Shown: positions 1 to 9,577 of the stretch, in pieces | Numbering within the stretch: the stretch's first letter is position 1 | Layout of the letters: every line of letters starts with the position of its first letter | From: a virus | Taxonomy: Duplodnaviria > Caudoviricetes | Direction: 5' to 3' (one strand) | DNA: 64,000 nt | IMG/VR virus record: IMGVR_UViG_3300028797_000004 | Notes under the pieces: generated by a model | Told to the model about the DNA's origin: nothing | Database searches by the model: none | The model's input: only the letters and a program-made list of their open reading frames with translations | Program-made: the position numbers and the translations under genes

Positions 1-20
1 TTGAAAGAGGAGGAATCTAT

Positions 21-599
21 ATGAGCATTCAACAGCTTATTAATCACATACGAGCACAAGTAGCTGAGAAATATCACTTAGTTACTGATAAAGAGATCGA
101 TGCATTCTTTCTCGGTATGCAAGAGGCAGCTGAAGATAATAGAGAAGCTTTAGAAAAGCGTGACAAAATGCTGAGAGACATGGTGTCGGATATAGTAGAT
201 GTCGAAGCTTTGGTAAAATCTGCAGGAAAAGTACTTGATACGTTCATACCTTGTGACGACGATCTCTGCAGTGAGTGCCTGCACAAGGGGGTGTGCTCTG
301 CTGTAGATTTTGATCGACACTTTGAGTGGAAACATAAGCATTCAGAAGTGTATAATAAGTTTACTGATCAATCAAGCAATAGCAGAAAACCGTTGCCTGA
401 ACCACTTGATGATTGGCTTGAAAAGGAAGTTAAAAATACAGAACTAAATATGTCATTAGAAGATGCATACAGACACATCAAAAGCAGCTATATACATCAT
501 AGGCATGAAGGAAACGCCGTGTTTTTGCCAAAAGCAGAACTTGTGGCCTTAATATGCATTAAAAAGGCAATAGCTGAAAGCGAGGAGGATAAAAAATAA
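21..599 (+). CDS. hypothetical phage protein
   Basis: 192-aa ORF with GAGGAGG RBS; stop overlaps next start. Confidence 0.7.
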   Translation: MSIQQLINHIRAQVAEKYHLVTDKEIDAFFLGMQEAAEDNREALEKRDKMLRDMVSDIVDVEALVKSAGKVLDTFIPCDDDLCSECLHKGVCSAVDFDRHFEWKHKHSEVYNKFTDQSSNSRKPLPEPLDDWLEKEVKNTELNMSLEDAYRHIKSSYIHHRHEGNAVFLPKAELVALICIKKAIAESEEDKK

Positions 600-973
600 T
601 GGACGAATATGTAAGTAAATCAGCAGTACAACAGATGCTGCATGAAGCGTATGCTGATGATGCATTGTCTACAAAAGATGGTTGTAAAGCTTTATACAAG
701 CGACTTGATGATATGCCAGTCACAGACGTACAGCCTGTTGATAGGTGGATAGATGCTCAAAAGAATCCACCACCTATAGTAGATAGAAGAAGTATGACAT
801 CTGAATCAGTTCTTATTTTGAGAGACAACGGAGAGTGCGAAGCAGCATATCTTGTATATGATAATGACGACGGCTTTTATTAGTATACACAAGATGAAAG
901 AGCCGCATTTGAATTTGAGGAAGTAACACACTGGATGCCTTTACCAGAACCACCAAAGGACGGTGATATATGA
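599..973 (+). pseudogene. DUF551-like protein interrupted by an in-frame TAG at 881-883
   Basis: Frame continues past TAG as YTQDERAAFEFEEVTHWMPLPEPPKDGDI*. VTHWMPLPEPP is the DUF551 signature; the TAG is probably a mutated TGG. Confidence 0.7.
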
Positions 974-993
974 TGACAGAGTACATCTCCGTG

Positions 994-1023
994 AAAGAGC
1001 TGCCGATTTGGTAGCTCTTTTTT
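994..1023 (+). terminator. intrinsic terminator
   Basis: AAAGAGCTGCC-GATTT-GGTAGCTCTTT stem followed by T run. Confidence 0.7.
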
Positions 1024-1025
1024 AG

Positions 1026-1040
1026 AATCGTTAATATACT
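1026..1040 (+). promoter_or_regulatory. putative phage-specific promoter, class AATCGTTA (also 5916, 11342, 21424, 54760, 58613, 59664, 63731)
   Basis: Same 8-mer recurs at eight positions at gene boundaries, mostly right after a stop codon or terminator. Confidence 0.65.
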
Positions 1041-1140
1041 GAAGAAAGGTAAAATAGAGTGGTTATCTTTATCGTTGCTTGAAGTACGGTAAAGTTAAGG
1101 ACTCGCACAGAATATTGCAGGTAATGAAGGAGATTAAGCT

Positions 1141-1587
1141 ATGTGGGAGAATCAAGAAGAGCATAGGCAGTTAGCTGATCAGCTGGTAGAGAAGATAAGA
1201 CACGATTATGAAGCGCATAAAGAACGATTCCTACGCCATGCAACAGAATATAATCAACCTGAATACAACGATATTCAGGAGGAAGAAATCATAGCCACAT
1301 TCGCTTTAGAATCAGCTATTCTAAATTGGGTATGGCATGCTATAGTATCTCACAAGTCCTCATATTTATTCAATTCTGCCATCAGAATGAACGGCGATCA
1401 AGCTATTTATTACTGTACTAAAATCGATATAGGTATATTCATGAAGGATGATTTTGTTATTCGGCTTTTTGCGTATGTCAATTCTACCAGTAGGTTAGGA
1501 TTATTATACACAATATCTGATGAAAACATATGCCACAGGTTGATATCAATACTTGATAGAGCGAAAAACGATATAGATGAGCTATGA
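1141..1587 (+). CDS. hypothetical protein
   Basis: 148-aa ORF, AAGGAG RBS. Confidence 0.7.
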   Translation: MWENQEEHRQLADQLVEKIRHDYEAHKERFLRHATEYNQPEYNDIQEEEIIATFALESAILNWVWHAIVSHKSSYLFNSAIRMNGDQAIYYCTKIDIGIFMKDDFVIRLFAYVNSTSRLGLLYTISDENICHRLISILDRAKNDIDEL

Positions 1588-1819
1588 CTTCGTTGCTGCA
1601 GTGTAAGACTGGTGGTGATACAAAATGAAGCTGGTTAAGAAGTTAGTAGATTGGTTTGAAGCTTCACTATGGGCACAAGCTATCAAAGATGTATTCGAAA
1701 ACCCTGAATATTTTATGTTTATGGAGGAGAAGGAGGAAGAGAAATGACAATTTATGATTGGATATTGATACGCCGAGGGAGTTGTATGGGAAGATTTATT
1801 TAAGAAGGAGGAAGAGTAA

Positions 1820-2029
1820 ATGAACATAATTAAAATAGGCGACGAATATGTCAATCTTGATCAGATTACGAGCATTTCAGTTCGTTGTCCAAATGAGGTT
1901 TGTGTAAGGATTGGAGATTTTCATTATTATATTAAGACTCGTAATCTTAATAAGATAAGCGAGATTTTATCCAATATGTCCAAAAACACAATAGAGAAAT
2001 GGGGGAAGGAAGTAAATGAAAATCATTGA
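1820..2029 (+). CDS. hypothetical protein
   Basis: 69-aa ORF, AGGAGG RBS. Confidence 0.65.
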   Translation: MNIIKIGDEYVNLDQITSISVRCPNEVCVRIGDFHYYIKTRNLNKISEILSNMSKNTIEKWGKEVNENH

Positions 2030-2215
2030 TGTTCCAAGATTTGTTATGGGCTGCATCAACATTATGCTTGCAGCATTGTCGTTGGTTTTAACTCAACGAG
2101 GCAAGAAGTCCCCTATCGCTAAGGTGACGGGATGAATTGCCTTATCAACTACAAAATTACCTATATTTGACTTTATGATTTATTTATGGTATTATCGCTA
2201 TAGAGGTGAGAGACA

Positions 2216-3313
2216 ATGAATAAAGCCTATAAATTCAGGATATATCCAAATGAAGAGCAAAAAATTTTGTTTGCCAAAACCTTTGGATGTGTAAGGTTCA
2301 TATATAACAAGATGTTAAGCGATAAAATAGAATATTATCATAAGACTCAGAAAAAACTGAACAATACTCCTGCACAGTATAAAACTGAGTTTGAGTGGCT
2401 GAAAGAAGTTGACAGTCTCGCACTTGCTAACGCACAGCTTAATTTACAAAAAGCGTATAATAACTTTTTCAGAGATACCAAGGTTGGCTTTCCAAAATTC
2501 AAAAGTAAAAAGCATAATCGTTATTCCTATACAACAAACAATCAACACGGAACTATATATCTATGTGATGGGTATATCAAACTCCCGAAGATAGGACTTG
2601 TTAAAATTAAACAGCACAGGAATATACCGTCTGAATACATCCTTAAATCAGTAACGGTAAGTCAGACACCGAGCGGTAAATATTATGTGAGTATTCTCTT
2701 TGAATATGAAAATCAAATATCAAAAGTCGATATCCATAACAGCCTCGGTCTTGACTATTCTATGCACGAGCTGTATGTTGACAGTGAGGGCGGTGAACCT
2801 GAATATCCCAGATACTATCGCAGAGTTGAAAAAAGGCTTCAAACAGAGCAGAGAAAACTATCCCTTATGACTAAAGGTTCTAAAAACCGTAACAAACAAA
2901 GGTTAAAGGTCGCTAAATTATGTGAGAGAATCTCCAATCAACGCAAGGATTTCCTACATAAAAAGTCAAGACAGATAGCCAATGCCTATGATCTTGTATC
3001 TGTAGAAGACCTTGATATGAAAGGACTATCTCAATCTCTGAATTTTGGAAAATCCGTATCTGATAATGGATGGGGTATGTTCATATCATTCCTTAAATAC
3101 AAACTCGAAGAGCAAGGAAAGCAACTCATAAAGGTCAGCAGATTTTTTCCAAGTTCTCAGTTATGCTCTGTATGTGGGTGTAAACACTCTATTACTAAAG
3201 ACCTTTCTGTGAGAAAATGGACCTGTCCTGACTGCGGAACGCATCACAACAGGGATGTGAATGCAGCTATAAATATAAGAAACGAAGGCTTGCGCATTGC
3301 TTTGTCAATGTAA
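2216..3313 (+). CDS. tnpB: RNA-guided endonuclease TnpB
   Basis: KAYKFRIYP HTH; RuvC residues LGLD, VEDL, RDVNAA; CSVCG...CPDCG zinc finger. Confidence 0.95.
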   Translation: MNKAYKFRIYPNEEQKILFAKTFGCVRFIYNKMLSDKIEYYHKTQKKLNNTPAQYKTEFEWLKEVDSLALANAQLNLQKAYNNFFRDTKVGFPKFKSKKHNRYSYTTNNQHGTIYLCDGYIKLPKIGLVKIKQHRNIPSEYILKSVTVSQTPSGKYYVSILFEYENQISKVDIHNSLGLDYSMHELYVDSEGGEPEYPRYYRRVEKRLQTEQRKLSLMTKGSKNRNKQRLKVAKLCERISNQRKDFLHKKSRQIANAYDLVSVEDLDMKGLSQSLNFGKSVSDNGWGMFISFLKYKLEEQGKQLIKVSRFFPSSQLCSVCGCKHSITKDLSVRKWTCPDCGTHHNRDVNAAINIRNEGLRIALSM

Positions 3314-3425
3314 TATCTTAAAGATAAAAAACCGTGGGACACACGGGGTTAGCTCGCTTATGCTTAGTACATTGGTACTATCGAACGAGAAGCCCCCGCT
3401 TCTTTAAGCGGCGGGAGTATGTCAC
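3314..3425 (+). ncRNA. omegaRNA scaffold of TnpB (5' boundary approximate)
   Basis: ACCGTGGGACACACGGGGTTAGCTCG...GAGAAGCCCCCGC...TCAC layout typical of IS605 right ends. Confidence 0.7.
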
Positions 3426-3647
3426 TTTGTAGTGGACGAAGCCATGCTTGGTTCGCGTTTATACTTTGTGCTCTTACTGGAGTTGGTGCTCTTGTAGACA
3501 GCATCGAGACTGAAAAACAAAGACAGCGAAAGATAGCGGAGCTGAAAGAAAAAGCTAGATTATACGGCTGGGATAAAGAGGGCTGAAAATATAGACAAAT
3601 ACATAAGCAAAAGAAGCTGTAGAAATAATAATTCGGAGGTGTAAGAA

Positions 3648-3860
3648 ATGAACGAAAATTTCTGGTGCAACAACAAGAAGTTACATGATAGTTGTATAGG
3701 CTGCTCTGATTTATTTATTAAGCAAACTCGCTATAATGTTATCTATTATCGATGCAATAAGCTAAGAATAGGTTTTATGCATACTATAACACCTAATGAC
3801 TTTAGTGAATACATGGATTATCTGAGTAGGAGGAGAAAAGTAAATGGCGAAAATAATTAA
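3648..3860 (+). CDS. Cys-rich hypothetical protein
   Basis: GGAGG RBS, 70 aa. Confidence 0.6.
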   Translation: MNENFWCNNKKLHDSCIGCSDLFIKQTRYNVIYYRCNKLRIGFMHTITPNDFSEYMDYLSRRRKVNGENN

Positions 3861-4038
3861 ATATGGCAGAAGACTTCTGACCACAGATAAAAGAGAAAAG
3901 TTGTTTATCTGCACTTGCTGCGACTGCAGGTGGATTGCAGAGCCTAGTGAGTATGTGACGATACGCACACCGATGAAGCCTAATACATATTCTTGGTGCC
4001 CGCATTGCGGTACTCAGACTTGGGAGCAGGAGGAATGA
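3844..4038 (+). CDS. zinc-ribbon protein
   Basis: CxCC...CPHCG; AGGAGG RBS. Confidence 0.7.
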   Translation: MAKIIKYGRRLLTTDKREKLFICTCCDCRWIAEPSEYVTIRTPMKPNTYSWCPHCGTQTWEQEE

Positions 4039-4042
4039 AAAA

Positions 4043-4246
4043 ATGAGAGATAAGTGGTTCACTGACGAAAATCCACCATCTGAAAAGGAAGATTATATGA
4101 TAACAGATGAATGTGGCGATATTCAGATAGCAAGTTGGACTAACAGTAGCATATTCGGAGGGGTAACTGACTGGCATTGGGTTGGATTGGTACAATTTAC
4201 GCACGTAAAAGCATGGCGGCCATTGCCCGAACCGTACAAGCAATAA
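4043..4246 (+). CDS. DUF551-like protein
   Basis: N-terminal W..ENPP, C-terminal VKAWRPLPEPY. Confidence 0.75.
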   Translation: MRDKWFTDENPPSEKEDYMITDECGDIQIASWTNSSIFGGVTDWHWVGLVQFTHVKAWRPLPEPYKQ

Positions 4247-4273
4247 AATTCACTCTTATGAGGAGGACTGAAA

Positions 4274-4606
4274 ATGAATAAACTCACATTGGACGAAGCT
4301 ATAAAGCGTTGTGAAGAAGCGGCAGAACTGCAAGAAGCCACCAGTCTTATAGACCGTTGGGGTGGTGATTATGAATATAGCGAAAGCGTAAAGGAGAATT
4401 GCCGTCAGTGTGCTGCTGACCACAGACAGCTTGCTGAGTGGCTGAAGGGGCTGAAAGAAGCAAAAAGTATCATTAGAGTATGCAGCCGAGTGTTAGGATT
4501 TCTGCTTGAATGTGAAATTGAAAACACATCAACACGTCACAAAGTAGAAATCTTACTGAAAAACATAGCAGAATACTTGTCAGGAGGTGATGAAAATGAC
4601 ACTTGA
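4274..4606 (+). CDS. hypothetical phage protein
   Basis: TLDEAI...HRQLAEWL module shared with the next ORF. Confidence 0.75.
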   Translation: MNKLTLDEAIKRCEEAAELQEATSLIDRWGGDYEYSESVKENCRQCAADHRQLAEWLKGLKEAKSIIRVCSRVLGFLLECEIENTSTRHKVEILLKNIAEYLSGGDENDT

Positions 4607-5105
4607 TGAAGCTATTGAATATCACATCAATGTGGCAACCCGACGTGCAGTAGCTGATGAAGGCATTGGTGGGAATGCTAAATGGGAAGAGACTAACTCT
4701 ATGACCAAGGAAGAAAGTGAGCAAATAATTGCGCATAATCGTCAGCTCGCAGAGTGGCTGACACAGTTGAAAGAGATTAAAGAAAAGATAGAAAGCGGTG
4801 ATTTATCGGACGGCTATCATACTTTCAATCAACTCTATCATCAAAGAGCTATGCTATTTGCAACTATTGTTAAACAGAATAAAGATAAAGCTTGGAAAAC
4901 GCACAAGCATGAAGACGGTAAGCTCTGTTTCGGTGGTGGTTGGTTCTTAGTAACTATTGACACACCTGAAGGCGCCTATGGCTATCATTATGAAGATAAG
5001 TATTGGGACTTATTTGACTGCCAAGAACTTGATGTAGCAAAGCACTGGGATGGCTACACAGAAGCAGACGTTAGTAGGTTTTTAAGTTTGGGAGCAAGTA
5101 GATGA
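4587..5105 (+). CDS. WDGH-like domain protein with N-terminal TLDEAI module
   Basis: SDGYHTFNQLYHQR...AWK.HKH.DG...YHY...WDG motifs. Confidence 0.7.
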   Translation: MMKMTLDEAIEYHINVATRRAVADEGIGGNAKWEETNSMTKEESEQIIAHNRQLAEWLTQLKEIKEKIESGDLSDGYHTFNQLYHQRAMLFATIVKQNKDKAWKTHKHEDGKLCFGGGWFLVTIDTPEGAYGYHYEDKYWDLFDCQELDVAKHWDGYTEADVSRFLSLGASR

Positions 5106-5344
5106 ATGACGAAAAAGAAGAACTGATACCTGTATTGCAAGTATTAGATGATTGGTATGCAGATAAAGGCATTGTATCATGGGCAGCAAGAGATTATTAC
5201 TACTTGCATTATGCCGATGATAACGAAAGACAACACATGGACAAAGAGGAGAGACTGCAAACTATAATTGCTGCTATTATTGTTGGCGGTACTTTGTTAC
5301 TTGGTACTATTGCAATAATGATGCAATTGTTAGGTGGTGAGTAG
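5102..5344 (+). CDS. small membrane protein
   Basis: C-terminal hydrophobic helix; ATGA overlap. Confidence 0.65.
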   Translation: MNDEKEELIPVLQVLDDWYADKGIVSWAARDYYYLHYADDNERQHMDKEERLQTIIAAIIVGGTLLLGTIAIMMQLLGGE

Positions 5345-5534
5345 AATGATGCTGGATGATAAAGAGCTAGTGGTGAAAGACATGTTTAATAATTTTATCA
5401 ACTTTGCAAGAGCTATATATGAAAGTCAATACGGTGAGAGTATAGGAACGGACGGTGAAGCAACAGTGAGCGCAGAACTGCCTGACAGCGCAAGAAAAAT
5501 CCATATCAGCATAACTATGGAAGATTTAACGTGA
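5334..5534 (+). CDS. hypothetical protein (start probably ~5347)
   Basis: Fills the operon gap. Confidence 0.55.
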   Translation: MVSRMMLDDKELVVKDMFNNFINFARAIYESQYGESIGTDGEATVSAELPDSARKIHISITMEDLT

Positions 5535-5561
5535 ACCGATTAGACGTGCCTTTTATGTGAG

Positions 5562-5849
5562 GTGGTGAATTTTGTGATTCCTAAAAATTGTTGTAAAACT
5601 TGCAAAAATTTCGCTATAGATTTTAAATTGGATAGCTTTTGCTACAAGTACGAAGATTATAATATCGAATGTGATATGTATAAAAGCGATACTTCAATAA
5701 TAACAGAAGGCAAATGGATAAATGACGGAGACTGTATGATAACTTCGTGTTGTAACAAAGCATATGATATAAATAAGTTTGCTGAAACAAGAAATGGTAT
5801 ATGGCTACCAAAGATTTGTCCAAATTGTGGGGCAAAAATGAAAAAATAA
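5562..5849 (+). CDS. Cys-rich zinc-ribbon protein
   Basis: CCKTC; GKW...CPNCGAKM typical of phage zinc-ribbon proteins. Confidence 0.7.
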   Translation: MVNFVIPKNCCKTCKNFAIDFKLDSFCYKYEDYNIECDMYKSDTSIITEGKWINDGDCMITSCCNKAYDINKFAETRNGIWLPKICPNCGAKMKK

Positions 5850-5957
5850 AAACGAGAAATTGGCTATTCTACGTAGGTAAAAATCCAATAAAACGGTTCT
5901 TTCATTACGTCAGCGAATCGTTATATATGGTATCAGAATAACTGAAGGAGGTCTACC

Positions 5958-6122
5958 ATGAGCGATACTATTTCTAAGTGGGTTGAAGATGTCTACACAG
6001 ACAATTTTAAATGTCCATACTGTGGTATGATGGTTCCGGAAAATGGATATGGCGGTTGTGATTATCCACACTGCCCATACTGCGCTAAAACTGTACAGCC
6101 TGTTACAGAAAGAACGAAATGA
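5958..6122 (+). CDS. 54-aa zinc-ribbon protein (not in ORF track)
   Basis: AAGGAGG RBS; CPYCG...CPYC. Confidence 0.7.
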   Translation: MSDTISKWVEDVYTDNFKCPYCGMMVPENGYGGCDYPHCPYCAKTVQPVTERTK

Positions 6123-6133
6123 GGTGACTATAG

Positions 6134-6274
6134 ATGATTTTCGACTGCGTAAACATTGTGAACATAGACGAATGCTGTTTATATCACTGCGAGTGCAACG
6201 GTTGCATGGAATGTCAGGACTATGAACCAGTTCCTTCTTATGAAGAGATGCGCAACCAAGGAGGTAATGAGTGA
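6134..6274 (+). CDS. 46-aa Cys-rich protein (not in ORF track)
   Basis: GAGGTG RBS; MIFDCVNIVNIDECCLYHCECNGCMEC; stop overlaps next start. Confidence 0.55.
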   Translation: MIFDCVNIVNIDECCLYHCECNGCMECQDYEPVPSYEEMRNQGGNE

Positions 6275-6627
6275 TGCAAGACTTGAATCTGACACAGAAT
6301 AGCGAGACGCTTCGTAAGCTTATCGCAGAGAATCCAGATTTACCAATTTGTGTGCTATGCCATCAGGACCTATGCTCTGATGAATACGCTTTTACATATG
6401 CTACAGACATAGCTGTTGAGATATGTGAGATCCTTGATTGCGAAACTCCCACAGGTAATGGAATAGTGTACACAGATCCAGATGATCTTAGAGACGATCT
6501 CAGAGACTATTACTGTGATGACTATCCTGACGAAACTGATGCAGAATATGATGCAATCATTGAGGAAAAGCTTGCAGAGTATGAACCTTACTGGAAGAAG
6601 TGCATATCTATCCAGTGTTACAATTGA
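6271..6627 (+). CDS. acidic hypothetical phage protein
   Basis: LRKLIAENPDLP...PYWKKCI; AGGAGG RBS. Confidence 0.75.
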   Translation: MMQDLNLTQNSETLRKLIAENPDLPICVLCHQDLCSDEYAFTYATDIAVEICEILDCETPTGNGIVYTDPDDLRDDLRDYYCDDYPDETDAEYDAIIEEKLAEYEPYWKKCISIQCYN

Positions 6628-6640
6628 GTGAGGTGTTATT

Positions 6641-7096
6641 ATGCGCTATATAGCAATAGATCATTTTGACGACACAACTGTTGTTGAGAGTGATGACTTC
6701 GGTGAAGTATACGATGCTGTACGCAAGTATTCGTATGAGTGCACAGAATATGGGTATGGCGCAATGCACATTCCTAAAATTCATATCTACGATACAGCCT
6801 CTGAAGCAGATAGAATTCTGCTGAAGTCAAAATGTTCAGAAAGGAGCTCTACGCACATGGCAATTAAATCTATTGAAGCTTCACGTAAACTCATTGAGTC
6901 TGGTCTGAACGATATGGACGCAGCAATTGCTGAGCTGAAAGATGACTACGAGTATGTCATCAATAAACAGCGAGATCTGCTGAATCGTTGTGCGACGTTA
7001 CTCACTGCTGCGAAAATTCATATTGGCTCACTTCAAGGTACACCTTGGTTCTTTGCAGAAGAAACTGAAACATTAGTGAAGGAGATCAACTCATGA
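6641..7096 (+). CDS. hypothetical protein
   Basis: GAGGTG RBS. Confidence 0.7.
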   Translation: MRYIAIDHFDDTTVVESDDFGEVYDAVRKYSYECTEYGYGAMHIPKIHIYDTASEADRILLKSKCSERSSTHMAIKSIEASRKLIESGLNDMDAAIAELKDDYEYVINKQRDLLNRCATLLTAAKIHIGSLQGTPWFFAEETETLVKEINS

Positions 7097-7476
7097 AGGC
7101 AAACTACAAACGAAATGCTGGCAAGATCCAGCCTCGAACTAGAGTCTTCACAGAAAGCGAACTCATGGACTTTGTAAATACAGAATGGGACAAGCATAAA
7201 GACGAAGTCTACCAGATAGCTGTAAGAGATGTGTCCGCTCAGATACTTGCTGTAATGTTCAGCACGCTTTATAAACCGCCGTATAACTGGCGTGAAAAAA
7301 GACTCAAAGACCTTAAGAGTCGGTTTGAATTCACATTTGAGAACATGGCTCATACAGTGCTAGGTAAAGACTTCAGCACTATTGACTGCATGGAGTTTCT
7401 TAAATCTGAATTCGGCATTGACTTTGACAAAAATAACATATATGACAAACGCAGCAACGTGGAGGTGAGGAGATGA
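7093..7476 (+). CDS. hypothetical protein
   Basis: ATGA-coupled. Confidence 0.7.
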   Translation: MKANYKRNAGKIQPRTRVFTESELMDFVNTEWDKHKDEVYQIAVRDVSAQILAVMFSTLYKPPYNWREKRLKDLKSRFEFTFENMAHTVLGKDFSTIDCMEFLKSEFGIDFDKNNIYDKRSNVEVRR

Positions 7477-7682
7477 GCAACTCGCTCAATACAATTCTAG
7501 GCTTGAGAAGCAATGTAGCAATACTTGTTTACGAGGATTACAACGGTATGCGGATCTGCGTAGGCGGTGGTTACGTAGCTTCTGATAAGTACATCATCGA
7601 CTTAGACGGCCGTCCGCTGAAGCTTACAGACGAGTTCAAGGAATTTCACTGGAAGCAGAACAATCTCGAACTTGTGAGATAA
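7473..7682 (+). CDS. hypothetical protein
   Basis: ATGA-coupled, RBS. Confidence 0.65.
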   Translation: MSNSLNTILGLRSNVAILVYEDYNGMRICVGGGYVASDKYIIDLDGRPLKLTDEFKEFHWKQNNLELVR

Positions 7683-7688
7683 TGAATC

Positions 7689-7708
7689 AACCTTCAATAT
7701 CTACATGA
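7689..7708 (+). promoter_or_regulatory. putative late promoter, class AACCT(T/A)..A-AT-rich (also 26457, 39653, 47387, 51041, 55897)
   Basis: Recurs upstream of the portal, sheath operon, 39693 operon, 55943 operon and the intron GIY-YIG gene. Confidence 0.5.
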
Positions 7709-7724
7709 TATTGGAGGTGATCTA

Positions 7725-8549
7725 ATGAAGTTCGCACCTAAGCGAGAGCATGGGGGCATCATATATTGTTCCGACGATGCACCGAATTTGTCGCTTGTAA
7801 AACATTCAGATCAATGTTATCACGTTCGTGTAAAAGCTGGTGATAGCTGGTGTCATCCTACCTGGGGTAGAGAGTTCGACACTATTGAAGCTGCAGAAAA
7901 ATGGCTCAACTGGCACGATTATGCTAATGCTACAGCCGATATGATCTGCTTACCTGCTCAGAATCGAGAAAATGACGCTGAGCTCATTGAAGCTGCAACT
8001 TTTCTTGGTTTTGAATCCGGACCTGATGCTTACATATGGTCTAATTCTAAGATTCAAATAGAAGCAGCTATCAGTGCAGGACAGGCTGAGCTTACCTACA
8101 TAGATGCAACTACTGGAAAGCGATTCAAACACTATACAACAATTGATGCAGCTTCACTGATTCGGCATGTAGAGAAAACATTGCGAAAGCATGGTCACAC
8201 TTTATTTAACACATTCAAGACTACAATCAGCGCAGCTATCAATACTCGAGAGCTTACATCAGATATCATCAGATGCAAGTCATCTAATGTGTGGGGCTAT
8301 AAATTCAATGTGCGTAAGCAGGGTGACCAAACCGGTGATTTAATTATGCAATTCAAAGGCAAGAACGGTGGTCCAGGCGGAGGAATTTACATCTACTTCG
8401 ATGTCCCAGTTCGAACCTACCGACGTCTAATTGCCGGTCCATCAATAGGTCACAATTTCTGGGTATACATCAGAAATAACTTTAAGTACTCTAAACTTGA
8501 CGGAAATAAACGTGGCGTATTACCTAACGCAGTAAACAATTACAACTGA
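7725..8549 (+). CDS. protein with C-terminal KTSC-like domain
   Basis: SSNVWGY...LIMQF...IYIYFDVP..Y..L...PSIGHNF...IR matches the KTSC pattern. Confidence 0.7.
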   Translation: MKFAPKREHGGIIYCSDDAPNLSLVKHSDQCYHVRVKAGDSWCHPTWGREFDTIEAAEKWLNWHDYANATADMICLPAQNRENDAELIEAATFLGFESGPDAYIWSNSKIQIEAAISAGQAELTYIDATTGKRFKHYTTIDAASLIRHVEKTLRKHGHTLFNTFKTTISAAINTRELTSDIIRCKSSNVWGYKFNVRKQGDQTGDLIMQFKGKNGGPGGGIYIYFDVPVRTYRRLIAGPSIGHNFWVYIRNNFKYSKLDGNKRGVLPNAVNNYN

Positions 8550-8563
8550 AAGAGGTGCTCAAT

Positions 8564-9097
8564 ATGAAATTTATGAAAAGATCTAGTGAATCTTTTCCGA
8601 AGTCACATATATCTCATCGCAGTATTGAAGCAGCAGAAGGTATAGTAGAACCAGGTAAGACTCGCTTCTATAAACTCACACTTGATGAACTATTAGATAT
8701 TCTACGAGAGAATGACTGTAATATCATTACAATCTGGCAGCTTGAGGAGCAAGGCTTCAGCGCACTTGATTTCAAGCATAGTTTATGGGGCTGCGGTGTA
8801 GTAGACGATTTTCTTTACATCTGTGATACAGACGGTAAAGATATTTTAATCAATGGTAAGCAAGTTGATCCTGAAGAAGTAGTGGAGCTTCTTGCCGATG
8901 GTGACATTGATGAAGCAGCTTTCATCGATTATATTGTCGAGCCTGATGAAAAATATATTCGCCGTTGGGTAGATCCTGATGCTATGATACAACCGGATTT
9001 TGAAGAAGCTGCTCTTGCGCTGCTTCAACAGCCCTACAAGTATACCTTGCAGCAGATAGCAAAGGCGGCTGATGACTACGAAACATTTGAACTGTAA
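8564..9097 (+). CDS. acidic hypothetical protein
   Basis: GAGGTG RBS before ATG 8564. Confidence 0.7.
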   Translation: MKFMKRSSESFPKSHISHRSIEAAEGIVEPGKTRFYKLTLDELLDILRENDCNIITIWQLEEQGFSALDFKHSLWGCGVVDDFLYICDTDGKDILINGKQVDPEEVVELLADGDIDEAAFIDYIVEPDEKYIRRWVDPDAMIQPDFEEAALALLQQPYKYTLQQIAKAADDYETFEL

Positions 9098-9374
9098 TCC
9101 GAAACCTCTTAAATCTGATGAAGACATATGTGTATTCTACACTCCGGTAGAAGGGCAACCAGAGAAACTTGTAGAGTGCAATATTCTTCGAGACGAATTC
9201 TGCAACGGCAAGCAGCACGCTTGTAGATTCTTCAAAACATTCGCAGACTATGTATCAGAACAAGATGCAGCGATACTTGCTAACAGAGAAGCAAACAGAT
9301 GTGTGGGTTGCAAATATGTGCGCACACCATGTCTTCTTTCTAGTGAAGACGCGTACAATGACGAGAATGGCTGA
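9072..9374 (+). CDS. Cys-rich hypothetical protein
   Basis: Overlaps the upstream stop; multiple Cys. Confidence 0.6.
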   Translation: MTTKHLNCNPKPLKSDEDICVFYTPVEGQPEKLVECNILRDEFCNGKQHACRFFKTFADYVSEQDAAILANREANRCVGCKYVRTPCLLSSEDAYNDENG

Positions 9375-9419
9375 TAACCCGGTTCACCTACTGCCCCATA
9401 TCTTATATATCTAGATACC

Positions 9420-9460
9420 AAACACCGTCATGCGCATTAGCGCAGGCGGTGTTTTCTTTA
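9420..9460 (+). terminator. intrinsic terminator
   Basis: AAACACCG...TGCGC-ATTA-GCGCA...CGGTGTTT followed by T run. Confidence 0.65.
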
Positions 9461-9524
9461 TGCTTGAACATATTTGCAATACAAAAATCTGATTCAATTT
9501 CTGAAAATGCTCAAAGATTAATGA

Positions 9525-9577
9525 ATGATTAACGAATCGTAAATAATTGATTAATTTTCTGAAAAACTATTGATTTC
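9525..9577 (+). repeat. 53-bp exact direct repeat, copy 1 (copy 2 at 53813-53865)
   Basis: ATGATTAACGAATCGTAAATAATTGATTAATTTTCTGAAAAACTATTGATTTC identical at both loci. Confidence 0.9.

Larger units (their letters stand above)
2092..3425 (+). mobile_element. IS200/IS605-family TnpB-only (IS1341-like) element
   Basis: Inserted 3' of TTTAA (2087-2091); subterminal hairpins at both ends; right end ...CCCGCTTCTTTAAGCGGCGGGAGTATGTCAC; no target duplication; removal restores an ORF. Confidence 0.9.
2016..3586 (+). pseudogene. small membrane protein gene split by the IS (2016-2091 + 3426-3586, 78 aa reconstructed)
   Basis: Joining GTT TTA A to TT TGT AGT restores one frame: MKIIDVPRFVMGCINIMLAALSLVLICSGRSHAWFAFILCALTGVGALVDSIETEKQRQRKIAELKEKARLYGWDKEG*. 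Confidence 0.8.
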
